Source: a virus (lineage: Duplodnaviria > Caudoviricetes). Taken from it: a stretch of 44,395 bases of DNA. Where the stretch lies: positions 1 through 44,395 of the IMG/VR virus record IMGVR_UViG_3300012816_000017; one strand, 5' to 3'. Position 1 is the first letter of the stretch. Each line of letters starts with the position of its first letter. This document shows positions 21,886 to 30,195 of the stretch, one piece after another. The position numbers and the translations under genes were made by a program. The notes below the pieces were generated by a model. The model was not told where the DNA came from. It saw nothing but the letters and a program-made list of their open reading frames with translations, and did no database searches.

Positions 21886-22272
21886 CTATGCTGAATTCAG
21901 TCCACTTTCCAGGGTAGAAGCTGGACTTTTCGCAGCCGCTAGCTCTCTCCCCACGATGGCATAGATGCGCGCCCGACTCAGGCCGGTGCGCCGCCGAATG
22001 CGCTCCAGGCTCTCGCGCGTGCCGTCGAATTCGCGTCGGATGCCCGCGTCGCGCTCGCTGCGGTCGGGCGCGGGGATGTACAGCTCCTGCCCCCCCATGC
22101 GGGAGCGAAGGCCTTCCACCAACACGCGAGCAAACATGCCCGCGAGCCCTTCATTCATGCCAATGTCTTCGCGAACGATGGCCAGGAAATCGCGCTCAAG
22201 CTGTACGGCGGCGTCCTCTGCCTGAGCGGGTGTCTGATGGTCGGCGTGGTGATCGTCACGGATAGAGTTCAT
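21886..22272 (-). CDS. Mor/C family transcription activator
   Basis: MGGQELYIPAPDRSERDAGIRREFDG...TGLSRARIYAIV is the Mor-family pattern. Confidence 0.8.
   Translation of the reverse strand: MNSIRDDHHADHQTPAQAEDAAVQLERDFLAIVREDIGMNEGLAGMFARVLVEGLRSRMGGQELYIPAPDRSERDAGIRREFDGTRESLERIRRRTGLSRARIYAIVGRELAAAKSPASTLESGLNSA
21899..21927 (-). promoter_or_regulatory. Putative activator-dependent late promoter site (gpW-portal)
   Basis: agtccactttccagggtagaagctggact dyad; paired with 20031-20059. Confidence 0.55.
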
Positions 22273-24422
22273 AGGCGGCTGCTCCAGTCGTCTGAGGCAA
22301 AGGGTGATGAGGGTCGGACGGCCACGGGGCGGGGCCGCTCAACAGGTTTCTGTGGCTTAGGTTTCGGCGTGTCAGTAGCTGGCAGCACGGCGGCGAGCTG
22401 TGGCAATGGCTGCTGACCGGACGTAGGGGCAATGTCGGCGCCCGGTGCGATCGGCAGCTCAAACACACCGTCATCGCCCTCGAGCATCAGAGGGGCCTGG
22501 CGTATCCGCCGCTCCACCATGTCCCACTGCTGGGGCCGCCGCAGGTGCAGGCGCTTGTGGCGATAGAGGTAGATCGCGTACACGGTGCAATCGAGTGCTT
22601 CGTTGCGTCGGTCGGTTCGTGGCTTCCATTCGCGCTTGGCAGGGTTGCGACGGCTCGGGATCTTGATTTCGCTCAGAAGCTGCTCGTAGAAGTCATCGCG
22701 AACGCCTTCAAACCAGTGCATCCTGCCCGGCCCATCGCCCTCTAGACGTACCCGGCCGGCATTCTCCGACCACCCCAAGATCAGGTCTTTTGCCTTGGCG
22801 CTGCCGACGATGTGCACCGACACCCCGGCCCGAGAGGCCTTCGTAGAGCGGGAATTGGGATCAACTTTCTTGGGCGGCGTCCAGATCTCTACCTTGCCGA
22901 TTGCGTCCGATGCGCCCTTGAGCGCAAGCACTTCCCTGTCTGGTCGGTTGTGCTTTCGCACGAAAGCATACGAGGCATCGCTGGTTTGGCCGTCTGAGCA
23001 GTCAATGCCCGCAGCCTGGATGGGCAAAGCCGCCCCAGTAGCGTGTCGGATCCGACGGCCCAGCAATACCTCCAGGTCCACCCATGCCCCGGCATGAGCA
23101 ACCACCGTGGACCCGTACAACTCACCCCAGTACACCAGCCACATTTCTTCACCACGGCCAAAGGCCCACACGGTTACCGCCAGCCGATCGTGCTGCACGT
23201 CGATGGTGGCGTACACCTCAAGGGCACCGACGGGGCACGTCCATTCGGCATATTGCTCGGCTCGCGCGCGAAGGGTGTCCTCTTCGGGCAGCTCGCCGCG
23301 GTACTCCCAGGTGATGCCCAGCGTGGAATTCCAGAACGCGATCATGTCGTTCGCGTCGCCGTGGTCTAGCTTGTACTTGGCCTCGAGGTACTTGCGTGCC
23401 AGCACTGGCACCCGGGATTCATCGAATGTGCTGAGCAGTTCATTGAGGTAGAACCCCGGGATTGAGCTTTGCGCGGTGGCCACCCAGCCACCGCCGTCCC
23501 TCTCTGCCCTGCGCAGGTTCGCGATCCGCTCATCATCTGTCCAAACAGTGGCGCAGTGCGGGCAGGTGTAGTAGGCCTGTTCGTGTTGGTACCGACCGTA
23601 AATGTCGCGCGGGGCCACTGACTCATCCTCGGGGATGGTGACGTTTTCCCAGGCCAGCACATGCGTCTCGCCGCAGGAGTGGCACGGCACGTGGAAATAG
23701 CGCTTGTCGGTCTTGCGCATTTCGGCCTCGACCGCACTGGCGTCTTTGGCTGTAGGGGTACCGCCAATGAGAATCAAATGGTCGCCGTAGGTCTTCACCC
23801 GCTCCTCGAGGAGCTTGATGGAATTGCCCTGGCCGCGCACGTCCGTGGCGGCATCGTCTGGCTCCTCGACCACCACCACGCGTGCGCTTGTCGATTTCAC
23901 ATCGCTTGGGCTATTGGTGCCCACCAGCTTGGCCAGACCACCGGGAAAGCGCTTTCGCAGCAGGCTGTTGCCGTCTGCTCGACTCTTGAGGTTGATACGC
24001 GACCGAAGCACGCTGCATGCCCGGATCATCGGGTCTAGCTTTTCGCTAGCAAAGTCCTTGGCGGCCATCGTGCGCGGGAAGGCGGCCACGATGACACTGG
24101 GCCGGTAGTGGATGTGGTAGCCGATGATGTTGCAGACGATGCCGACGGTGTAGCCAACCTGGGCACTTTTCTGCACTACGATCTTTCGCGTAGTGGGAAG
24201 CGTGGCAGCCTCTGCAATGCCACGCAAGGCAGGCGAGACATCCCAGCTGAATCGCCCGCGCAGGGCAGACTCTTCGTTGCTGAGCACTCGGTACTTCACG
24301 GCCCAGTCTGCACCAGATATCTTGGGCGGCGGCTTCAGGCGACGCCACACTCGAGCGTGCATCGCGCGCAACGCCAGCGCGGCCCGGCCCTCATGATCTG
24401 ATGCCGCGTCGGCGTAGTTCAT
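22269..24422 (-). CDS. Terminase large subunit (lambda gpA family)
   Basis: VQKSAQVGYT (Walker A), VVVVEEPD (Walker B), GGTPT, HVPCHSCG, IDVQHDRL, RNEALDCTVYA. Confidence 0.95.
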   Translation of the reverse strand: MNYADAASDHEGRAALALRAMHARVWRRLKPPPKISGADWAVKYRVLSNEESALRGRFSWDVSPALRGIAEAATLPTTRKIVVQKSAQVGYTVGIVCNIIGYHIHYRPSVIVAAFPRTMAAKDFASEKLDPMIRACSVLRSRINLKSRADGNSLLRKRFPGGLAKLVGTNSPSDVKSTSARVVVVEEPDDAATDVRGQGNSIKLLEERVKTYGDHLILIGGTPTAKDASAVEAEMRKTDKRYFHVPCHSCGETHVLAWENVTIPEDESVAPRDIYGRYQHEQAYYTCPHCATVWTDDERIANLRRAERDGGGWVATAQSSIPGFYLNELLSTFDESRVPVLARKYLEAKYKLDHGDANDMIAFWNSTLGITWEYRGELPEEDTLRARAEQYAEWTCPVGALEVYATIDVQHDRLAVTVWAFGRGEEMWLVYWGELYGSTVVAHAGAWVDLEVLLGRRIRHATGAALPIQAAGIDCSDGQTSDASYAFVRKHNRPDREVLALKGASDAIGKVEIWTPPKKVDPNSRSTKASRAGVSVHIVGSAKAKDLILGWSENAGRVRLEGDGPGRMHWFEGVRDDFYEQLLSEIKIPSRRNPAKREWKPRTDRRNEALDCTVYAIYLYRHKRLHLRRPQQWDMVERRIRQAPLMLEGDDGVFELPIAPGADIAPTSGQQPLPQLAAVLPATDTPKPKPQKPVERPRPVAVRPSSPFASDDWSSRL

Positions 24423-24916
24423 GCAGCTTCGTCCTCGTCGGGCTCTGCCTCGGGATCATCCATTTCCTCATCGGCAGCGCGCCAGTTTGATAACCGCCCG
24501 AGGAACTCACCGAAGCTGGCGCGCAGCAGTTCCTCGAGCGCAGGCTTCTCCATGCCGATGGCGAGCGATGCCAGGCGCGCAGGCTCACCGAGCAGGTACT
24601 CGCGCGCACTGAGCACGGCGCTGGCCCATAGCGGCTCCACTTCATCGGCGGGAATCAGCAGCTTTGCTTCCTTCAACATTTCCTGCTCGAGTCGGTCACC
24701 TTGCAAACGCGCAAGGCGGTCCTTCGGAGATTCGGACTGCACCTTGCGGATCTCTCGGTCTACGAGCCACTTCACACAGGCAGGAGCTTCGTACTCGCTG
24801 GCCACACCCGGGCCACCCTGAAACGCAACCGGAAAACCGAGCACTTGCCACTCGGTGATGGTCTTTGGGGCAACCCCAAACAGCGCTGCAATTTGCTCTT
24901 GGCCCTTCACCCTCAT
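24419..24916 (-). CDS. Terminase small subunit (Nu1-like)
   Basis: N-terminal wHTH QEQIAALFGVAPKTITEWQVLGFP; overlaps terL start. Confidence 0.88.
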   Translation of the reverse strand: MRVKGQEQIAALFGVAPKTITEWQVLGFPVAFQGGPGVASEYEAPACVKWLVDREIRKVQSESPKDRLARLQGDRLEQEMLKEAKLLIPADEVEPLWASAVLSAREYLLGEPARLASLAIGMEKPALEELLRASFGEFLGRLSNWRAADEEMDDPEAEPDEDEAA

Positions 24917-24959
24917 GCTTACTTACCCCCTGTGCCAACAGGCAACTAGAGAAAAATTG

Positions 24960-25010
24960 GGGTGCGAATTACCCGTGCGGCAACCCTCCCGGGAGGACCC
25001 GGACACACCC
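24960..25010. other. Possible cos/packaging region
   Basis: Intergenic upstream of terS; perfect 12-bp palindrome cctcccgggagg at 24985-24996; position as in lambda-type phages. Confidence 0.35.
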
Positions 25011-25050
25011 GGGGCCGTGTTGCGCATCGGCGACAGGCGGCGGGCGCGCA

Positions 25051-26007
25051 TCACGCGACCTTCCTCAGCTGATGCCATGGCCCGGGGCCAGCCGCATCGA
25101 ACACACGCTGGCGATACATGCGGTTGTGCGCGCGCAGCTCGTCGTCCGTCCACGCATTGCCCAGACCCGAGGTGGCGTACACGACGCCGACCCGCTCGCC
25201 CATGGCCTTGACGCCTTCGAGCGACTGCCACCAGTCCGCAGCCAGTGCAGGCATGGGCAGCTGGTCTTGCCATCGGTTGCCCGACAGCCACCCGCTTGCA
25301 CGGGGCACGTACCGCCCGCCCTCTTCCTGCCAGCGCTCAGTCGCAGCCCATGCCACCACAGCAGCGATGATCAGCGCCTGAGTCGCAGCGTCGGGCATCA
25401 GCTTGGCCCACTGCCTGCGGGCTGCCTTCTGCATCTCCTTGCGTGGGTACACCTGCCAGAACGCATCGAAGCCATCACCATCCCCACCCTGCCCTGCATC
25501 CGGCTCCCCGGTTTCGGGTTGCTCTGCATCGCGCTCGCACGCGCCCCCCGCGACGGCGGGGGGTTGGGGGGGTATTTCTGACGGTTCTTGACGGTTCTTG
25601 GGTATTAGTGTCCGCGTGGCGGACTGGTTTAGTCCGCGTGGCGGACTGGTTGGGTCCGTGTGGCGGACGGGTCCGCGAGGCGTACCGGTTCGCGCGGCGG
25701 ACTGGTTAGGCGGGTTGTCCACAGCCTGCGCTGCATCATCGGCCTGCGCCGAGAACTTCCCTGGCTCCACCCAGTATGTGGTCTTGCGACCATTCGAGCG
25801 GCTGGCTCGCACCGCGCCCCTCGACTCCAACCACGCGATGGCCTCGATCACCGCCGTCCGCCCATAGCAAGTCCGCTCGCACAGCTTGTCTATGGTCGGC
25901 CAGCAGTAGCCCTCATCGTTGGCCATGTCTGCCAGCGACACCAGCACCGCCTTCGCGGGTGGGCGCATCTGCAGCGGCCAGCACAAGGCCATGATGCGTG
26001 TGCTCAT
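25051..26007 (-). CDS. Phage replication initiator (N-terminal HTH)
   Basis: KAVLVSLADMANDEGYCWPTIDKLCERTC; internal iterons; C-terminal FDAFWQVYPRK...YVPRASGWLSGNRW. Confidence 0.85.
   Translation of the reverse strand: MSTRIMALCWPLQMRPPAKAVLVSLADMANDEGYCWPTIDKLCERTCYGRTAVIEAIAWLESRGAVRASRSNGRKTTYWVEPGKFSAQADDAAQAVDNPPNQSAARTGTPRGPVRHTDPTSPPRGLNQSATRTLIPKNRQEPSEIPPQPPAVAGGACERDAEQPETGEPDAGQGGDGDGFDAFWQVYPRKEMQKAARRQWAKLMPDAATQALIIAAVVAWAATERWQEEGGRYVPRASGWLSGNRWQDQLPMPALAADWWQSLEGVKAMGERVGVVYATSGLGNAWTDDELRAHNRMYRQRVFDAAGPGPWHQLRKVA
25610..25707. repeat. Iteron array, putative replication origin
   Basis: gtccgcgtggcggactggtt at 25610-25629 and 25632-25651 plus three degenerate copies; inside the initiator gene as in lambda O. 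Confidence 0.75.
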
Positions 26008-26882
26008 ACCCCCGCAGCCTCCCGGATGCGCGCTCGCACGCGCTTGTCCAGATAGTTCTGCAGATCGCTCTCGCGGGCGATGGCATCCATGCTGATGCGC
26101 GGCTGATAGCTGGGCGCACGCACGAAAATGAGGATGGGCCGCAGCTGACGACTGGAGCCACTACCCAAGCCAGCCCAAATGCCCGGCTGAAGATGCTTGG
26201 TATTGCCTGCGCCCGCGCGATATTTTTTATTGTCCCAAGTGACAGCAGCACGGCCACCAGCCACAAAGTACGTGCGCCCCATGAATGGACCAGCCTGCTC
26301 CTTGGTGCGCTTGGTAATAGTCCCTTTGCCATAGCGTTTGACGTTGCTCCGCGCTTTCTCCAACATGTTCTGCGTGTGGCCCTGTCCAGACTGGAAGGCC
26401 TGCAGATACGAAAGCACTGAACGTATGAATGCGCCACGCATATTGCCGTACTGGTCCACACTGCCGGGGAACGGATCTCTTGGGATAGCGGTCTGATAGC
26501 CTGGCGGAAGCCATCCAGACTTACGCAAGACCACCTCGCTTTTCTTATCCGCCCGCCGCCCTCCAAACTCCTGGGCCTGCAGCACCTTCTGCGGGTCTAC
26601 ACCCACCTTGCCGCCCTTGCTGGGCGCATTGGTGGTGCTCAACGTGGGCGCCACCGACACACTCAGCTTTTCAGCCGTGGCCGGGAACACCTTGGGCGAC
26701 CGCTCGATCCACGGCGTGACACGGTCAAATGAGCTGCGGATGGTCTTTTTCATCTCGCGCTGCACCATGAAGCCTGCGTCATTCAACGCATTGGCATAGG
26801 CCGCCCGCGCCTGTGGGCCACTCAGCTTGGCCAGCTGCTCTTGCACGGCCTCCTGGTTGCGCAGCACCACGCTCAACTGCAT
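26004..26882 (-). CDS. Conserved phage protein, possibly tail completion/neck (gpZ-like)
   Basis: MQLSVVLRNQ...AAYANALNDAGF...FDRVTPW...QEFGGRRADKKSE; basic protein. Confidence 0.55.
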   Translation of the reverse strand: MQLSVVLRNQEAVQEQLAKLSGPQARAAYANALNDAGFMVQREMKKTIRSSFDRVTPWIERSPKVFPATAEKLSVSVAPTLSTTNAPSKGGKVGVDPQKVLQAQEFGGRRADKKSEVVLRKSGWLPPGYQTAIPRDPFPGSVDQYGNMRGAFIRSVLSYLQAFQSGQGHTQNMLEKARSNVKRYGKGTITKRTKEQAGPFMGRTYFVAGGRAAVTWDNKKYRAGAGNTKHLQPGIWAGLGSGSSRQLRPILIFVRAPSYQPRISMDAIARESDLQNYLDKRVRARIREAAGV

Positions 26883-27085
26883 GCTGCCCCCTGCACATCC
26901 GCGCCCTGCAGCGAAACGTGATACGGCCAGCCCGCCAGATTGCAATCCACCACCGCGCCAGCAGCACGGCACCGCCGCACCACATTGCGCGCCGCGTGAT
27001 ACCCCCAGCCGGTGATCTCCACAATCTCCACCAGCCGCAGCGGCCCGTGCTGCAACAACATGCGCAGGGCGCGCGTGCGGGTCAT
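26873..27085 (-). CDS. Small winged-HTH protein
   Basis: LRMLLQHGPLRLVEIVEITGW. Confidence 0.5.
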   Translation of the reverse strand: MTRTRALRMLLQHGPLRLVEIVEITGWGYHAARNVVRRCRAAGAVVDCNLAGWPYHVSLQGADVQGAACS

Positions 27086-27612
27086 TGCCCACCCCCAGGC
27101 GCCTTGCGCATGCGCCCACGCAGCACAGCCACCTGGTGGCCGATGGTGGCGATCAGATCCTGCGCCATCACACTCACCCGGCGCACCGCGTTGGGTGTGG
27201 GGCAGTCAGCCTGCAAGGCATCAGCCATGGCAGCGCAGTATTCGCCCTGGGCCCGCTGCTGATACATGAAAGCCTCCACCGGGTCACCGTCCGACTGATC
27301 ACGCGCCGCCGGCGTAGCCGAATGATTCAGCGCCGCCGCCATGGCTTGCAGCACCGCATAGTTGCCGCTGAAAAACTGAACCGCCACCAGCTCATCCGGC
27401 CGCATGTGGTGCGTGTCGTTGTTGGGGTTCGCCTTGTGCGTCAGCGTATTGGCCGACACCCCCATGCGCGCAGCCAGCGCCACCACCCCACCGGGGTAGT
27501 TGTGCACCGTGTGATAGATCGCATCCGCCACCGTCATGCCCACCGGCATGTCGGGCAAGGCCTCATCGGCGCCATAGGCAAGCGCGGCCGGAATTGAGAC
27601 ATTAATTCCCAT
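27082..27612 (-). CDS. Phage regulatory protein, CII (CP76)-like
   Basis: YPGGVVALAARMGVSANTLTHKANPNNDTHH motif; start MGINVS at 27612. Confidence 0.8.
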   Translation of the reverse strand: MGINVSIPAALAYGADEALPDMPVGMTVADAIYHTVHNYPGGVVALAARMGVSANTLTHKANPNNDTHHMRPDELVAVQFFSGNYAVLQAMAAALNHSATPAARDQSDGDPVEAFMYQQRAQGEYCAAMADALQADCPTPNAVRRVSVMAQDLIATIGHQVAVLRGRMRKAPGGGQ

Positions 27613-27803
27613 GCCAACACTCCACAGAAAAAGCACCCACACCACCCCGCACAGCGGAACACAGCGCACTTGCCTGCGCGCTGCGACCCTGAACTTTTGG
27701 AGCGAGAAGACACCCCGGCCGCTGCGCGGCTTGAACGGAGGTGCGAGTGGCAAAACCATTGACCAACCCCAGGCCACCCCAACGGCAACCACAGGAACCA
27801 CAC

Positions 27804-28052
27804 ATGCCCACACCAATGGCAGACACGCAAACGAACGAACCAGCAGCACCCCCCACCACCGACCAGCGCCTGGCCGCCATGGAGCTACTGCTGCAGCAGC
27901 TGGTGCTGGTGCTGGAGTGCGAGCCCACCTTCACGGCCGAGACCCTGCGGGCATGGACCGACCTAGCACGCCTGCGCATGGCGGCAACGCAAAGCGTTGG
28001 GCTGGGCACGCTGGGGGCGCTGGAGCAGCTGCAGTTGCGAGTGTTGACGTAA
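27804..28052 (+). CDS. Hypothetical protein
   Basis: AGGA RBS then ATG; helical LAAMELLLQQLVLVLECEP. Confidence 0.55.
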   Translation: MPTPMADTQTNEPAAPPTTDQRLAAMELLLQQLVLVLECEPTFTAETLRAWTDLARLRMAATQSVGLGTLGALEQLQLRVLT

Positions 28053-28118
28053 TGGGCGCCCGCCCTGCCCTGGCATACGATGGCAGTTCTCACACAACCA
28101 ACGCCAAGGAGGGCGGAC

Positions 28119-28322
28119 ATGGGCAACGACACCAAACTGATGAGCGGCGCAGAGTTCAAACTGCATTTCAAGGACTTGCTGGCCAGCTTGAAGGACGACG
28201 ACCAGATCAGCTTCGGCAGCGGGGACTTGAGCTTTTTGCGGCTCAAAGATCGCGGCCCCAAGGAAGGCCCGCGAGTCATACAGATCGAGTTCAACGAGGT
28301 GTACACGGTCAACCCAAGCTGA
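28119..28322 (+). CDS. Hypothetical protein (small accessory gene)
   Basis: AGGAGG RBS; MGNDTKLMSGAEFK...IQIEFNEVY. Confidence 0.6.
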   Translation: MGNDTKLMSGAEFKLHFKDLLASLKDDDQISFGSGDLSFLRLKDRGPKEGPRVIQIEFNEVYTVNPS

Positions 28323-28530
28323 TCAGCGCAGCGTCGTGCATGTCGGCTTTGCGGCGCAATTCGGCCGCAGCCTGCTCGCGCAGCTCCCGCGCCAGTCTCT
28401 CAACATGGCCAGGCAAACGGTCAAGCGGAAACCCGCTGTACACCGCATCCTGCCGACCCATGAATGTGCTGCGCATTCCAATGAGGCCATCCTCGCGCAG
28501 AGTGATTTCGATGGTCGCGATATCACGCAT
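28309..28530 (-). CDS. Hypothetical protein
   Basis: 73-aa ORF coupled to the Cro-like gene. Confidence 0.45.
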   Translation of the reverse strand: MRDIATIEITLREDGLIGMRSTFMGRQDAVYSGFPLDRLPGHVERLARELREQAAAELRRKADMHDAALISLG

Positions 28531-28849
28531 GGGCCACCCCCGCTACGGATTCAGTAGCAGTGCGGGCCTGATGCACCTCAACGTCAACCAGCTCAGGCCA
28601 GATAGTCATCCAGTCATCGGGGTACAACTCCCGACGATTCACGCGACCATCCACAAGACGCTCCACCGTCGCGCAATAGGCCACGGGGACACCGTTGCTG
28701 GACCAGCTCTGAATGGTCTGGTAGTTGGGCACACAAAGCTTTTTGGCCGCTTGAACAGCCCCACCCATCAAGGCGACCGCCCTTGCGGACGCCTCCCGGC
28801 TGGGGCGCGGACGAGACAGAGGCTGTCGGAGTGTCATGGCGTAGATCAT
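28523..28849 (-). CDS. Cro-like / YdaS-family HTH regulator
   Basis: GGAVQAAKKL..NYQTIQSW...VERLVDGRVNRRELYPDDWMTIWPEL; divergent from repressor. Start codon uncertain (28837 or 28849). Confidence 0.8.
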   Translation of the reverse strand: MIYAMTLRQPLSRPRPSREASARAVALMGGAVQAAKKLCVPNYQTIQSWSSNGVPVAYCATVERLVDGRVNRRELYPDDWMTIWPELVDVEVHQARTATESVAGVAHA

Positions 28850-28850
28850 A

Positions 28851-28881
28851 CAAGAATATCTAGCAATGCTAGTTGATCTTG
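28851..28881. promoter_or_regulatory. Operator pair between cro and repressor (CWAG-N5-CTWG)
   Basis: CAAGAATATCTAG (28851-63) and CTAGTTGATCTTG (28869-81). Confidence 0.7.
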
Positions 28882-28919
28882 CATTGCCGCACAAGACGGC
28901 ACATGGAAAGCTTGCGGAT

Positions 28920-29402
28920 ATGTCAATCCACGAGAAGATTCGCGCAGCCCGCGAGCGCAAAGGCTGGTCCATGGAGCAGCTGGCCAAGGCTGTGAGCGAG
29001 GCCGAAAACCTCGCTAAGCCACTGGCCTGGCAAACCATTCAACAGTGGGAACGAGGCGACTCTGCGCCAAAGCGCTCTCGCATGCCAATTGTTGAGAAGC
29101 TGCTGGACTTGACACCCACCGCATCTGTAAACATGGATCCGGCACCTAACTATGCCGCCGAGGACAAACCGAATTACGCAGCCGCTGCGCCAGTCAGTCT
29201 GCAATCCACCTATTCACTACTGCTCCAACTCTCCAGCACGATTGAGAAAAGCCACGAATCGGTAAGATCTGCAGTGGGCGGATTATTGAAATACATGTGC
29301 GAACACCCCGGAGAGGCCGAGGTAACCGCCCGTCGCATAGTGGCAGTTCTTGAGGTTCCGGAAACAGATATTCCGCGAAAATTTACAAATTCCCAAGATT
29401 AA
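28920..29402 (+). CDS. CI-like XRE repressor without S24 peptidase domain
   Basis: IRAARERKGWSMEQLAKAV...WQTIQQWERGDSAP HTH; 160 aa; no GxSM/K dyad. Confidence 0.8.
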   Translation: MSIHEKIRAARERKGWSMEQLAKAVSEAENLAKPLAWQTIQQWERGDSAPKRSRMPIVEKLLDLTPTASVNMDPAPNYAAEDKPNYAAAAPVSLQSTYSLLLQLSSTIEKSHESVRSAVGGLLKYMCEHPGEAEVTARRIVAVLEVPETDIPRKFTNSQD

Positions 29403-29447
29403 GATAGTGAAGAAACAGCAATCGACCAAGCGATTAAATGCACAGCG

Positions 29448-30014
29448 CTACGCATCCAAAATGGCGCGGTTAGCCGCGATCTGTTTTTCGATTTTTGCAA
29501 TGAGCGCGTCATAGTGCGCCATCACATCGCGCGTTGAATCTTTCGGCAGCTTGACTGTTTGAAAAACAAAAGTCGACACTGCAACCGTCACCGCCAGCCC
29601 GGCCCAGGCAATAATCTTTTCAGTCCAGCCGCCAATATTTGCCGGGAGACTTGATATTCCCCACACCCAGAGCACTAACAACGCACCACACACCAAAGCC
29701 GTGAGGTTACTACGACCTTTGCGCGCACTTGCCATTTTCTCTTTTGCAAGCAGTACGTCATTTGCACGAGCCGCTTGCATTTCAGCCAACTCCTTAGTCA
29801 GGCGAGGAATCGCCAACTCAGCCGCCGTCCGATCAGTACCACGCTGCACAGCGTGAATCGCCGCCTGCACTTTACGCAGCACCACAACCCCACCAGACCG
29901 CTGCACCACCTGGGTAGTGCCACAGTACGAACACGCAAAGCTCTCTAGATCATCCCCGATTTGCAAGGGTGCAGAGCAATTGACACAAGACAGCTCGATT
30001 AGAGACACAGCCAC
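29448..30014 (-). CDS. Zn-ribbon membrane protein (accessory gene/moron)
   Basis: CVNC...CSYC, coiled coil, two TM helices; GGAGGGAG RBS; lower GC than flanks. Confidence 0.7.
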   Translation of the reverse strand: MAVSLIELSCVNCSAPLQIGDDLESFACSYCGTTQVVQRSGGVVVLRKVQAAIHAVQRGTDRTAAELAIPRLTKELAEMQAARANDVLLAKEKMASARKGRSNLTALVCGALLVLWVWGISSLPANIGGWTEKIIAWAGLAVTVAVSTFVFQTVKLPKDSTRDVMAHYDALIAKIEKQIAANRAILDA

Positions 30015-30121
30015 TCCCTCCTGTTAGTTTTACAAGCGTACCACCTGCATCCGAAGGTAACAATTGCTAGCTCTGCACATGGACTACGTATCCTGATAAG
30101 TAGCCGAAACAGCAAAAAATA

Positions 30122-30153
30122 CTAGTTCTTCTTGTGCTTACTAGTATTTCTTG
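30122..30153. promoter_or_regulatory. Operator pair at the early rightward operon promoter
   Basis: CTAGTTCTTCTTG (30122-34) and CTAGTATTTCTTG (30141-53) in an AT-rich tract. Confidence 0.7.
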
Positions 30154-30195
30154 TTAGAGTCCCTCCACACGCCACCCCGGCGCCCTGGAGGAACG

